From: an uncultured Candidatus Rokubacteria bacterium
GTDB taxonomy: Bacteria > Methylomirabilota > Methylomirabilia > Rokubacteriales > DASRDR01
Length of the DNA stretch: 64,000 nt
Reading direction: 5' to 3'
Assembly: GCA_963826115.1 (NCBI GenBank)
Contig: CAWGVS010000006.1
Location: 512,001-576,000 of the forward strand
The position numbers were made by a program, and so were the translations under genes. The notes beneath the pieces are model-generated. The model did not search any database, was not told where the DNA came from, and saw nothing but the letters and a program-made list of their open reading frames with translations. Positions 20,186 to 28,913 of this stretch are shown piece by piece (position 1 is the first letter of the stretch; every line of letters begins with the position of its first letter).

Positions 20186-23100
20186 ATGACCCTCCTGCCC
20201 GAGATGGTGGGGGAGAGCCCGGGAATCGCGGCCATCCGAGACCGGATCGCCCGACTCGTGGCTCGGGCGTCGGACGTCCGGCGCCTGCCCCCTGTCCTGA
20301 TCCAGGGCGAGACCGGCAGCGGCAAGGGGCTGGTGGCGCGCGCGCTCCACCGCGCCGGGCCCCGGTCGGGCGGGCCCTTCGTCGACGTCAACTGCGCGGC
20401 GATTCCCGAGACGCTGCTCGAGGCGGAGATGTTCGGCTTCGAGCGGGGCGCCTTCACGGACGCCCGCCAGGCGAAGCGCGGCCTGTTCCAGACCGCGCAC
20501 CGCGGGACGCTCTTCCTCGACGAGATCGGGCTCCTGCCCGACGGGCTTCAGGCGAAGCTTCTCACGGTGCTCGAGGAGCGGACGGTCCGGCGCCTCGGTG
20601 CGACGCAGAGCGAGCCGGTCGACGTGTGGATCATTGCCGCGACCAACCTCGATCTCCTGGCCGCGACGCGGGCCGGCCGGTTCCGTGAGGACCTCTACCA
20701 CCGACTGGCCGTGCTGACGCTGGCCCTGCCTCCGCTCCGGGAGCGTCAGCAGGACGTCGTCCTCCTTGCCGAGCACTTCCTGGCGCGCGCGTGCGCCGAC
20801 TACGGCCTGTCGCCCAAGACCCTCGCGCCCGATGCCCGGGCGGCGCTCGTCTCCTACCGGTGGCCTGGCAACGTCCGGGAGCTGATCAACACCATGGAGC
20901 GGGTCACGCTGCTGGCCGAGGCGTCAGTCGTGACCGCCGATCTCCTGGGGCTCTCCGACGGCGGTCCGGCCGCCGCGGGTCCCGTGGCGGTGTCGCCCCC
21001 ACCCCCACCCGCGCCCGCGTCGCTGGCGGCCGTGGTGGACGGGGCCGAGCGGGCCCACCTCCAGGAGGCGCTCGAGGCGACCAGCTGGAACGTCACGCGC
21101 GCCGCCGCGCGCCTTGGGATCTCCCGGAACACCATCCGGTACCGCATGGAGAAGCACGGGCTCCGCCACGGGGCGCCCGCGCCGCCGCGCCGGACCCGGC
21201 AGCCCGCGCCCGCGCCGTCGGCGCCCGTGGTGCCCGCCCCGTCCGTCGAGACGGCCGCGCGGACCGGCATCCGGTGGGAGCGCCGGCACCTTGCGATTCT
21301 CCTCGCTCGGCTGGCCTCCGACCCCGACGCGGGCCCGCTCGACACGGGCCGCGTCATCGAAGCGCTCGTCGAGAAGGCCCGGTCCTTCGGGGGTCGCGTC
21401 GACGAGCTGGGTGCCAGCGGCTTCGTCGCCCTGTTCGGCCTCGAGCCGATCGAGGATCCCGTGCGGCGCGCCGCGCTGGCCGCTCTCGCCATGCAGCGCG
21501 CTGCCGGCCGGACGTCGGACGGCGGGCCGGCTCCCGTCCTCCGGTTCGGCGTCGACCGGGGCTCCTTCCTGATCGGCCGCCTGTCCGACGCCTCGCTGGT
21601 CGACGCGGAGGACAAGCGCACGGCGCTGAGTGCCATGGGGGCGCTCGTCGAGAGTGCCGAGCCCGGCACGGTCGTCGTCAGCGCCGCAGGCGCGTCGCTC
21701 CTCGCCCGTGGCTTCGACCTCGCGCCGCTCGGCGCCGCGGCGGGGCGGCGGGCCGCGTTCCGGCTCGGGGGGCTCGAGCGCGCGGAGGCGGCGAGCGGCC
21801 GCCGCACGCGCTTCGTCGGGCGCGATCACGAGCTCGAGCTCCTCCGTGGGCGCCTCGCCGCCGCGGTGCGCGGCCAGGGTCAGGTGGTGGCGATCGCGGG
21901 AGACGCTGGCATCGGCAAGTCCCGGCTCGTCGGCGAGCTCCGCCGCGACCTGACCGGCGACGGCATCCTCTGCCTCGAAGGGCACTGCCTGCCCTACGCG
22001 ACGCCCATCCCGTGCCTGCCGCTGGTCGAGCTCCTGCGCGCCGCGTGCGCCATCGTCGAGACCGACGGACCCGAGGGCGTCCGCGACAAGCTACGGGCGA
22101 GCCTCGACCGCGCCGGCATGGACGCGATCGCCTCGGCCCCGTACCTGCTCCATCTCCTCGACCCCGGCGAGGGCGGGGAGGCGCTGGCGCGCCTCAGCCC
22201 CGACGTCGTGAAGGCGAGGACGTTCGAGACCCTGCGGGAGCTCAGCCGGCGGCTCGCCGGCCGGACGCCGCTCGTGATCGTGGTGGAGGACCTTCACTGG
22301 GTCGACCGGACGTCGGAGGAATACCTCGGGACGCTGGTCGACGTCGTCGCCGGGGCTCGCATCCTCCTCGTCACCACGCACCGGCCGGGGTACCGGCCGC
22401 CGTGGATGGACCGGTCCTACGCGACCCAGGTCGCGCTTCAGCCGCTGTCGCCGCACGAGAGCCAGAGCCTGGTCCGCGACGTGATCGGCCCGGCCGACGT
22501 CGACGAGCCCACGGTCGAGATGATCGTGTCCAAGGCGGAGGGGAACCCGTTCTTCGCCGAGGAGCTGGCGCGGGCCGTTACCGAAGGGGGCCGCCCCACG
22601 CCCGGGTCGCCGGTCCCCGACACCGTCGAGGGCGTCCTGATGGCGCGCATCGACCGCCTCGCCGCCGAGGACAAGCGGGTTCTCCAGGCCGCGGCGGTCA
22701 TCGGGCGGACGCTGCCCTTCCTCCTGCTCCAGGCGATCCTGGAGCCGGCCGACGAGGCGCTCCGCGAGCGGCTCGCGCGGCTCCAGGGCGCCGAGTTCCT
22801 CTACGAGACCCGCGCGGCCTCGGAGCTCGAGTACACGTTCAAGCATGCCCTCACGCACGAGGTGGCGTACGCGAGTCTCCTGCCCGCCCAGCGGCGGGCG
22901 CTTCACGCCCGCATCGTCGACGTGCTCGAGAGCTGGCAGCGGGAGGGGCGGGAGGAGCTCGTCGAGCGTCTCGCGCACCACGCCATCCAGGCCGAGGCCT
23001 GGGAGAAGGCCGTCGACTACGCGCGGCGCGCCGGGCGGCAGGCGCTCACCCGGTCCGCGCACCGGGATGCGGCGGCATGGTTCGACCAGGCGCTGTCAGC

Positions 23101-24289
23101 GGTGAGCCATCTGCCCGAGCGCCGCGAGCGCCTCGAGCAAGCGATCGACCTCCAGTTCGACCTGCGGAACGCCCTCTGGCCCCTGGCCGAGTTCCGCCGG
23201 GTCTTCGAGTGCCTCAAGCGGGCCGAGCAGCTGGCCACGACCCTGGGCGACCAGAAGCGGCTCGCGATGACGTTCGCGCTCCTGACGCCGATGTTCTCGA
23301 CGCAGGAGGAGCAGGCCAAGGGGATCGAGTACGGCCGGCGGGCGCTGGACCTCGGCGTCGCGCTCGGCGACACCACGGTGCAGGTGGTCGCGACCCTCTA
23401 CCTGGCCATGGCGTACCTGACGCTGGGCAACTACTCGCGGGCCACGAAGTTCGCGCGGAAGAACGTGGCGCTCCTCCAGGGGAACGTGCGGCTCGAGCAG
23501 TTCGGGCCGCACGGCCTGCACGCCGAGCCGGCCATCCTGCCGCGGGCCCTGCTCCTCTGGAGCTTCGGGGAGCTGGGCGCGTTCGCCGAGGCGCAGCCGG
23601 TCCTGGAGGAGAGCCTGCGCATCGCCGAAACCATCGACCATCCGTGGTCCCAGACCTTCCTGGCGCTCGGGGAGGGCATCCTGCGCGTGCGCCAGGGTGA
23701 TCTGCCGCGGGCGGTCCGGACGCTCGAGCGCAGCCTCGCCCTCTGCCGCCAGTGGCAGCTCGCGGCGCTGTTCGAGGTGATCACCGGGCATCTCGGCCAC
23801 GCGTACACGCTGGCGGGGCGCACCGGTGAGGCGATCCCCCTCCTGGAGGAGGGCCTGGCGGAGCGCCGGCACTGGCTCGAGCCGTTCCCGCTGCTCGCGC
23901 TGGCGGAGGCCTACCTGCGCGTGGGGCGGACGCGCGAGGCGAGCCAGACGGCCGAGCGGGCGCTCGGTCTCGCCCGCCAGCGCGGCCAGCGCGGGCACGA
24001 GGCGTGGCTGCGCTGGCTTCTCGGCGAGATCGCGCGGCTGGACCCCGCGGGGTCAGCGGCCGACGTCGAGGCGCACTACGGGCAGGCGCTCGACCTGGCG
24101 ACGGAGCTCGACATGCGCCCGCTCGCCGCCCACTGCCACCTGGGTCTCGGCCAGTGGCACCGCCAGCGCGGCGACGCGGCCCGGGAGCAGGAGCACATGA
24201 CGACGGCCCGGTCGCTCTACCGGGAGATGGGCATGACGCTCTGGCTTGCCAAGGTCGAGGCCGAGCAGCCGGCCGTGTCGGGCGCCTAG
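20186..24289 (+). CDS. sigma54 activator AAA+ / Fis-HTH / degenerate cyclase-like / STAND-type ATPase / TPR fusion
   Basis: GETGSGKG, GAFTDA loop, LFLDEIG, FREDLYHRL, WPGNVREL, HTH NVTRAAARLGISRNTIRYR; second ATPase GDAGIGKS + IVVEDLHW, GNPFF, YTFKHALT; C-terminal TPRs. Confidence 0.9.
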   Translation: MTLLPEMVGESPGIAAIRDRIARLVARASDVRRLPPVLIQGETGSGKGLVARALHRAGPRSGGPFVDVNCAAIPETLLEAEMFGFERGAFTDARQAKRGLFQTAHRGTLFLDEIGLLPDGLQAKLLTVLEERTVRRLGATQSEPVDVWIIAATNLDLLAATRAGRFREDLYHRLAVLTLALPPLRERQQDVVLLAEHFLARACADYGLSPKTLAPDARAALVSYRWPGNVRELINTMERVTLLAEASVVTADLLGLSDGGPAAAGPVAVSPPPPPAPASLAAVVDGAERAHLQEALEATSWNVTRAAARLGISRNTIRYRMEKHGLRHGAPAPPRRTRQPAPAPSAPVVPAPSVETAARTGIRWERRHLAILLARLASDPDAGPLDTGRVIEALVEKARSFGGRVDELGASGFVALFGLEPIEDPVRRAALAALAMQRAAGRTSDGGPAPVLRFGVDRGSFLIGRLSDASLVDAEDKRTALSAMGALVESAEPGTVVVSAAGASLLARGFDLAPLGAAAGRRAAFRLGGLERAEAASGRRTRFVGRDHELELLRGRLAAAVRGQGQVVAIAGDAGIGKSRLVGELRRDLTGDGILCLEGHCLPYATPIPCLPLVELLRAACAIVETDGPEGVRDKLRASLDRAGMDAIASAPYLLHLLDPGEGGEALARLSPDVVKARTFETLRELSRRLAGRTPLVIVVEDLHWVDRTSEEYLGTLVDVVAGARILLVTTHRPGYRPPWMDRSYATQVALQPLSPHESQSLVRDVIGPADVDEPTVEMIVSKAEGNPFFAEELARAVTEGGRPTPGSPVPDTVEGVLMARIDRLAAEDKRVLQAAAVIGRTLPFLLLQAILEPADEALRERLARLQGAEFLYETRAASELEYTFKHALTHEVAYASLLPAQRRALHARIVDVLESWQREGREELVERLAHHAIQAEAWEKAVDYARRAGRQALTRSAHRDAAAWFDQALSAVSHLPERRERLEQAIDLQFDLRNALWPLAEFRRVFECLKRAEQLATTLGDQKRLAMTFALLTPMFSTQEEQAKGIEYGRRALDLGVALGDTTVQVVATLYLAMAYLTLGNYSRATKFARKNVALLQGNVRLEQFGPHGLHAEPAILPRALLLWSFGELGAFAEAQPVLEESLRIAETIDHPWSQTFLALGEGILRVRQGDLPRAVRTLERSLALCRQWQLAALFEVITGHLGHAYTLAGRTGEAIPLLEEGLAERRHWLEPFPLLALAEAYLRVGRTREASQTAERALGLARQRGQRGHEAWLRWLLGEIARLDPAGSAADVEAHYGQALDLATELDMRPLAAHCHLGLGQWHRQRGDAAREQEHMTTARSLYREMGMTLWLAKVEAEQPAVSGA

Positions 24290-24296
24290 CGCCCGC

Positions 24297-24842
24297 TCAG
24301 GGATTCGCGCCGAGGAGCGCCAGGAGCAGCTGGCGCGCGGCCGGCTGGGCCCAGTCCTTGGCCCCCACGGAGCGGGCGACGAGCCGCCCGCTCCGGTCCA
24401 CCACGTAGACGGTCGGCGGTCCCCACACGCCGTAGAGCCGCCCGGCCACGTCGCCGGTCCGGTCGAGCAGGACCGGGGCGACGTAGTCCCGCTCCTGCGC
24501 GACCTTCGCCACGTGGGCCGCATCCTCGCGGAAGTTGACGAGCAGCACCTCGAGACCACGGCCCCGGAGCTCCGTGTAGAGCCGGTTGAGGGGAGGCAAC
24601 TCCTCCCGGCAGTCCGGTCACCACGTCGCCCAGAAGAAGAGCAGGACGACCTTGCCCTTGAGCTCGCCGAGGGTCCAGGTCCGCCCGGTCAGATCGGGGA
24701 GGCTGAACGCCGGCGCGGGCTTCGGCGGCTCGTAGGCCTGGAAGTCCATGGCGGTCAGGTCGGGGCCCGCGGCGTGCGCCGTGCCGGTGACGCAGACGAG
24801 CAGGAGCGCGCCGACGACGGCCGCGCCGCGGCGGCGGCTCAC
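24297..24842 (-). CDS. Exported TlpA/ResA-family thioredoxin with selenocysteine (WATW-U-PDC)
   Basis: Track ORFs 24618..24842 and 24297..24599 are one frame joined across TGA at 24620-24618; FWATW*PDCREELP equals the WCxxC motif; C-terminal PPTVYVVD..G..GAKDW. Confidence 0.88.
24591..24607 (-). promoter_or_regulatory. SECIS-like hairpin (TlpA-like gene)
   Basis: GGGAGG-AGUUG-CCUCCC starting 10 nt 3' of the in-frame UGA. Confidence 0.6.
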
Positions 24843-25390
24843 GACGCCCCGCTCTCGCGAACGGCCTTGAGCACGTCCTCGGGCTCGAGGAGGTCCAGGG
24901 GGTTGTCCTGGATCTTCAGGTAGCGGACGACGCCCGCCCGGTCGATGACGAAGTACGCGCGCTTCGCGTAGCGATAGATGGGGCTCTTCTCGTCCGTGAC
25001 CATCGCGCCGTACGCGGGCAGCATCGTCCGCCGCTGGTCCGAGAGGAGCGGGTGCTTGATGCCCTGCTGCTTCTGGAAGGCGTCGAGGGCGGAGACGAAG
25101 TCCACGCTGATCCCGATCAGCTGCGCGTTCAGGGCCTGGAAGTCGGCCAGCCGGGCGTCCAGCCCGGTGATCTCCTTGATTCAGGGGCCGTTGAACGCGC
25201 CGATGAACGTGTAGAGCACGATCGGCCCCTTGCCGAGCAGGTCCGCGAGCTTGACCTGCTTGCCGCCCGGGGCGTTGAGGGTGAAGTCGGGGGCCTTGTC
25301 TCCGACGTCGAGCGCCTGCGCGGGGCCGGCGAGCGCCAGGACGGCGAGAACGGTGAGCGAGACCGCGAGTGCGACACCGCGTCGGAGCAT
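24839..25390 (-). CDS. Exported AhpC/TSA peroxiredoxin-like protein with selenocysteine (GAFNGP-U-IKE)
   Basis: GGAGGAGG RBS, ATG 25390, signal peptide, VGDKAPDFTL, in-frame TGA 25183-25181 at the peroxidatic position, then LIGISVD, PLLSD, AKRAYFVID. Confidence 0.87.
25151..25167 (-). promoter_or_regulatory. SECIS-like hairpin (peroxiredoxin-like gene)
   Basis: CCGGGC-UGGAC-GCCCGG starting 13 nt 3' of the in-frame UGA. Confidence 0.62.
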
Positions 25391-25503
25391 GGCGACCTCC
25401 TCCTGGTCCAGGGAATACCGAACCCGGGACGCGTGTCGTCGTCGAGGGCTCCTGCCGGAGAGAACGCCACCCGGGAGGTCCAGGGTTCCCGGGCGCTCCC
25501 GGC

Positions 25504-28224
25504 TCACTCCAGACATTCTAGCTCCGTGATGGTCCAGGGGTCTCGGAGGGGTCCGGCCGGGCTCACGCGCAGGTAGCGGAGGCTCACTGGGCCGAACGCG
25601 GCGGCCCACCGGGGCCCGCCGTTCCGCAGGAGCTCGGAGCCGGTCCAGAAGAGCGCGCCGGACCAGGTCAGCGGCTCGATGGCGGTCCACGTCGTCCCGT
25701 CGAGGGAGCCCGCGAGCCGGAGGGCGCGGCCGGGGAGCCCGGGGCGGATCTCCACGCCACGCAGCGCGCGAGGCCGTCCGAGATCCACCGTGAGCGCGTG
25801 CTCGGGCCCTCCGGGGCCGCGCGTGGCCCACGGCGTCGCGCGGTTCCCGTCGATGGCCCGCCCCGCCAGCTCCGGGTTCTCGCTGGCCGTCGCCCGCCAT
25901 CCGGCCTTGTCGAGGCGACGCGGGGGTGGCGTCGGCGTGAGCACCAGGAGGCGGTAGGGACCCGCGACGGCCTCCCGCACGGTCACCGGCTGGCCCTCGA
26001 GCGCCGCGCGCACCGCCACGGGGTCGGCGTCGGCGCCGAGGAGGATACCGGTACCTGGCTCGATGTGGAGCGGAACCAGCTCCGTCGGATCGGGGTCGGT
26101 GCGCGACGAGTCGCTCACGTTGATGTTCGCTTCTTGCGCGGCGATGGCGCCCCGCGACTCGACGCGCACCCACGCGGAGAGCCAGTGGCTCGCGTAGACG
26201 AAGTCGATGCCCTCGCGCCGGAGGGCGGCGGTGATCTCGCCGGGCGCGGGCACCGGGGGCCGGGGCCCGCCGGGCCCGTACACGGAGAGCTCCCGCGCCG
26301 ACCAGATGTGGTATCGCACCGCCGCGGTCTGGACGATCCGCACGTGCCGCGCGCGAACGGGGGCGAAGATGGCCTGCACGCGCCCGCGCCGGACCTTGAG
26401 GAACGGATGATGCTCGGAGAAAAAGAGCGGGCCCCAGTATCCGGACACGGTGACGACCGTGTCCCACCGCTGACCGTCCATCGACACCTCGACGCGGAAG
26501 CCGCCCGGCAGGTCCTGCCAGTCGATCGCGAGGAGGTCCACGCGGGCGACGAGCTCGGGCGCGCCCAGGTCGACCTCGAGCCACTGGTCCGGCATCAGCT
26601 CGAGGGCCGTGGTCCACGACGACGCGGCGTCCCCGTCGAGGAGGTCCGCGGCCCGGTCGGAGCGGTGGCTGGCCCGGATCGTCCAGCGCTCGCGCGGGAG
26701 CGGCACGAACGTCGTGCTGAAGCGCGGCGAGAGCTCGAGGACGTGAAGCTCGCCCAGCACGGTCTCCCGGAAGTCGACACCGAGCCCCTGGAGAGTGTCA
26801 CGCAGCGGGCGCACCTCCGTCGGGGCCGCGATGATCGGCGGGTTCACCGCGGCGTCGACGAGCCGTCCGTGGTCCACGATCTGCTCCCGCCAGAGATCGG
26901 CGATCACGACTCGCCCGCCAGTCAGGTACGTCATGCCGTAGGCCGAGAGGTGAAACGCCCCGGCCAGATAGGCGCCCCGGACGCCGCGGTCCTCGAGCCA
27001 GTGGAGCACGGGGTCGAACCGACGGGTGAGGGTCGTCCACCGGGGCGCTCCCGGGTCCGTGGTGAGCACGCTGTCCTGCCAGTTTGGCCACGCGTTGAGC
27101 GCGAGCAGCGCGGCCAGCGCGGCGCCGGCGGCGAGCGGTCGCCGACGCCGGAGTCGGTCGAGGCCCTCGCCCATCCAGCAGGGAAGGACGGAGTACAGCG
27201 GGAGCAGGTAGTAGTGGTCGATCGCGCGCTTCGAGCCGAGGACGAGTCCGAGGTTCGTGATGGCGACGATCCACAGGACGACCTGCCCGCGCCCGATCGA
27301 CCCTCGCCCTCCGACGAGCCACGCGAGCTGGGCGCGGTGCCGGACCGCGGCCCCCACGACCGCGGCGATCCAGAGGGGCACCGCGATCGCGAGGAACGCG
27401 ACGATCCAGGCCCGCCCCGCCGGTAGATGCAGGCCGAGGAGGCGGGGGAGAAAGTCTCCCACGACCGCCGCCAGCCGGTCGCCGAACGGCGCCGGGGTGA
27501 CACCGCCCGCCTGGTGCAGGGCAAACTTCGCCGACGGGAAGTTCCTCGTTTCGTACAGCCATTGCGGGACGCCGCCGAGGAGGAGCCCGCCGGCGAACCA
27601 GGCGATGCGCCATCGCCACACGAGGCCGGTCCGGAGCGCCAGGATCCCGAACGGCGCGAGGTAGACCACGATCAGCGGATTCAGCCACCAGCCGAGCCCG
27701 GCGAGCAGACCGAGCCCGAGGAGCGCCCGGGGCCGGCCCGGATCGGCGACGAAGATCGTGTGGGTCGCCAGGATGCAGAGGTTGCCCACGGCCAGTGCTG
27801 CGGGGTGGTTGGGGGTCGCCGTGAAGCTCCACTGGGCGAGGAACAGCGGTGGGACCGCGAGCACCGCGAGACCGAGGAGCGCGGCGGGCCGTTCGAGGAA
27901 GCGGCGCAGGACCAGCCAGCCGGTCCAGAGAATGAAGAGGCCGATGAAATACGCGAACCAGTCGAGCGCCCGCGGGGCTGGGCCGACCATCTCGAACCAC
28001 GCGGCCAAGGGATAGGCCGAGGCCGCGCCCCAATACTCCGGACCGGCGACGTTCGCCGGGAAGTGGCCGCCGAGGATCCGGAGGGCGGGCATCGCGACCA
28101 TGCTCTCGTCCCAGTGGAACGGCCAGTGGAAGGGCGCGACGAACCGGAGCGCCCGGACGCAGGCCCCGACCACGAGCAGGCCGGGGACGAGAAGCCGCAC
28201 CACTCGGTCGCCCCCGGATCTCAT
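25504..28224 (-). CDS. GT-C (ArnT/PMT-like) membrane glycosyltransferase with two C-terminal F5/8-type-C (discoidin) domains
   Basis: HWDES motif after first TM, many TMs; two DG....W.T...WLEVDLG / LTVDLG discoidin-like repeats. Confidence 0.75.
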   Translation of the reverse strand: MRSGGDRVVRLLVPGLLVVGACVRALRFVAPFHWPFHWDESMVAMPALRILGGHFPANVAGPEYWGAASAYPLAAWFEMVGPAPRALDWFAYFIGLFILWTGWLVLRRFLERPAALLGLAVLAVPPLFLAQWSFTATPNHPAALAVGNLCILATHTIFVADPGRPRALLGLGLLAGLGWWLNPLIVVYLAPFGILALRTGLVWRWRIAWFAGGLLLGGVPQWLYETRNFPSAKFALHQAGGVTPAPFGDRLAAVVGDFLPRLLGLHLPAGRAWIVAFLAIAVPLWIAAVVGAAVRHRAQLAWLVGGRGSIGRGQVVLWIVAITNLGLVLGSKRAIDHYYLLPLYSVLPCWMGEGLDRLRRRRPLAAGAALAALLALNAWPNWQDSVLTTDPGAPRWTTLTRRFDPVLHWLEDRGVRGAYLAGAFHLSAYGMTYLTGGRVVIADLWREQIVDHGRLVDAAVNPPIIAAPTEVRPLRDTLQGLGVDFRETVLGELHVLELSPRFSTTFVPLPRERWTIRASHRSDRAADLLDGDAASSWTTALELMPDQWLEVDLGAPELVARVDLLAIDWQDLPGGFRVEVSMDGQRWDTVVTVSGYWGPLFFSEHHPFLKVRRGRVQAIFAPVRARHVRIVQTAAVRYHIWSARELSVYGPGGPRPPVPAPGEITAALRREGIDFVYASHWLSAWVRVESRGAIAAQEANINVSDSSRTDPDPTELVPLHIEPGTGILLGADADPVAVRAALEGQPVTVREAVAGPYRLLVLTPTPPPRRLDKAGWRATASENPELAGRAIDGNRATPWATRGPGGPEHALTVDLGRPRALRGVEIRPGLPGRALRLAGSLDGTTWTAIEPLTWSGALFWTGSELLRNGGPRWAAAFGPVSLRYLRVSPAGPLRDPWTITELECLE

Positions 28225-28467
28225 GCGCCGGGCATCATGCGGCCGGCCGCCGATCAGGATGGTCGCCGTCGCCCGTCAGAGGATCTTCCGCCGCCTGGTC
28301 ATCGGTCGGGCGACCCCCAAGGGCGCGCGGGGACGGGTCAGCATTCTCTCGGCATGTCGGCGTGTCGGGCGTCGGACCGGGTACACGGTATCACACGGCG
28401 CCGCACGCGGCCGCCCGCGGCCGCCCGTCCGACCACGTATGCTGTGGGCGCGCAGGAGGGATGGCCG

Positions 28468-28845
28468 ATGCCCCACGGGAACACGATCACGCTCGAGCCG
28501 TACCGCGGCCACTGGCCGCCGGACGACCCCGACGCCGGCTTCCGGCAGCTGGTCGCCGAGTACTCCGCGATCGACCCGCTGCCGACCCTCGCGGAGCTCG
28601 GCCGCCGGAAGGGCATCCCGCTTGGCGCGCTCGTCGCCTTCGTCCTGGCGCGGTATGCCGCCTCGGGCAGCGAGGCGCTCCTCTACACCGGGCCGGTCGT
28701 GGTCCGTCAGATGGCGGAGATGGTCGAGAAGGCGGAGGCGGCGGGCACCGACGCCGCGCGGCTCGAGGCGTACCGCGGGCTCGCCGCGATCGTGTCGTGG
28801 CTCCGCGTCCCGCTGGAGGACCCCGCGTGGCGGCCCGGAGCGTGA
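28468..28845 (+). CDS. Hypothetical protein (DUF6027-like)
   Basis: AGGAGGG RBS before ATG 28468; W.PDDPDA.F, DPLPTL, ARYAASGSEALL..GP, SWLR. Confidence 0.7.
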   Translation: MPHGNTITLEPYRGHWPPDDPDAGFRQLVAEYSAIDPLPTLAELGRRKGIPLGALVAFVLARYAASGSEALLYTGPVVVRQMAEMVEKAEAAGTDAARLEAYRGLAAIVSWLRVPLEDPAWRPGA

Positions 28846-28875
28846 GCCGTCCGGCGCGCGAGCCCGGCGCGCGGG

Positions 28876-28904
28876 TTGCGCCCGGCGGGACCGGATACTA
28901 GGAT
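28876..28904 (+). promoter_or_regulatory. sigma70-type promoter with very short leader
   Basis: TTGCGC-N17-TAGGAT, 9 nt before ATG 28914. Confidence 0.55.
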
Positions 28905-28913
28905 ACGGCCGCG

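Noticed and set aside
21260-21800. Active adenylate/guanylate cyclase domain in the sigma54-STAND protein
   Set aside because: Position fits, but the metal-binding Asp motifs (F.D and GD) are not present; treated as degenerate
25463-25489. ECF-type promoter GGAAC-N18-CGTT upstream of the selenoprotein pair
   Set aside because: Spacer is longer than the usual 16-17 nt and the motif is short; too weak to call
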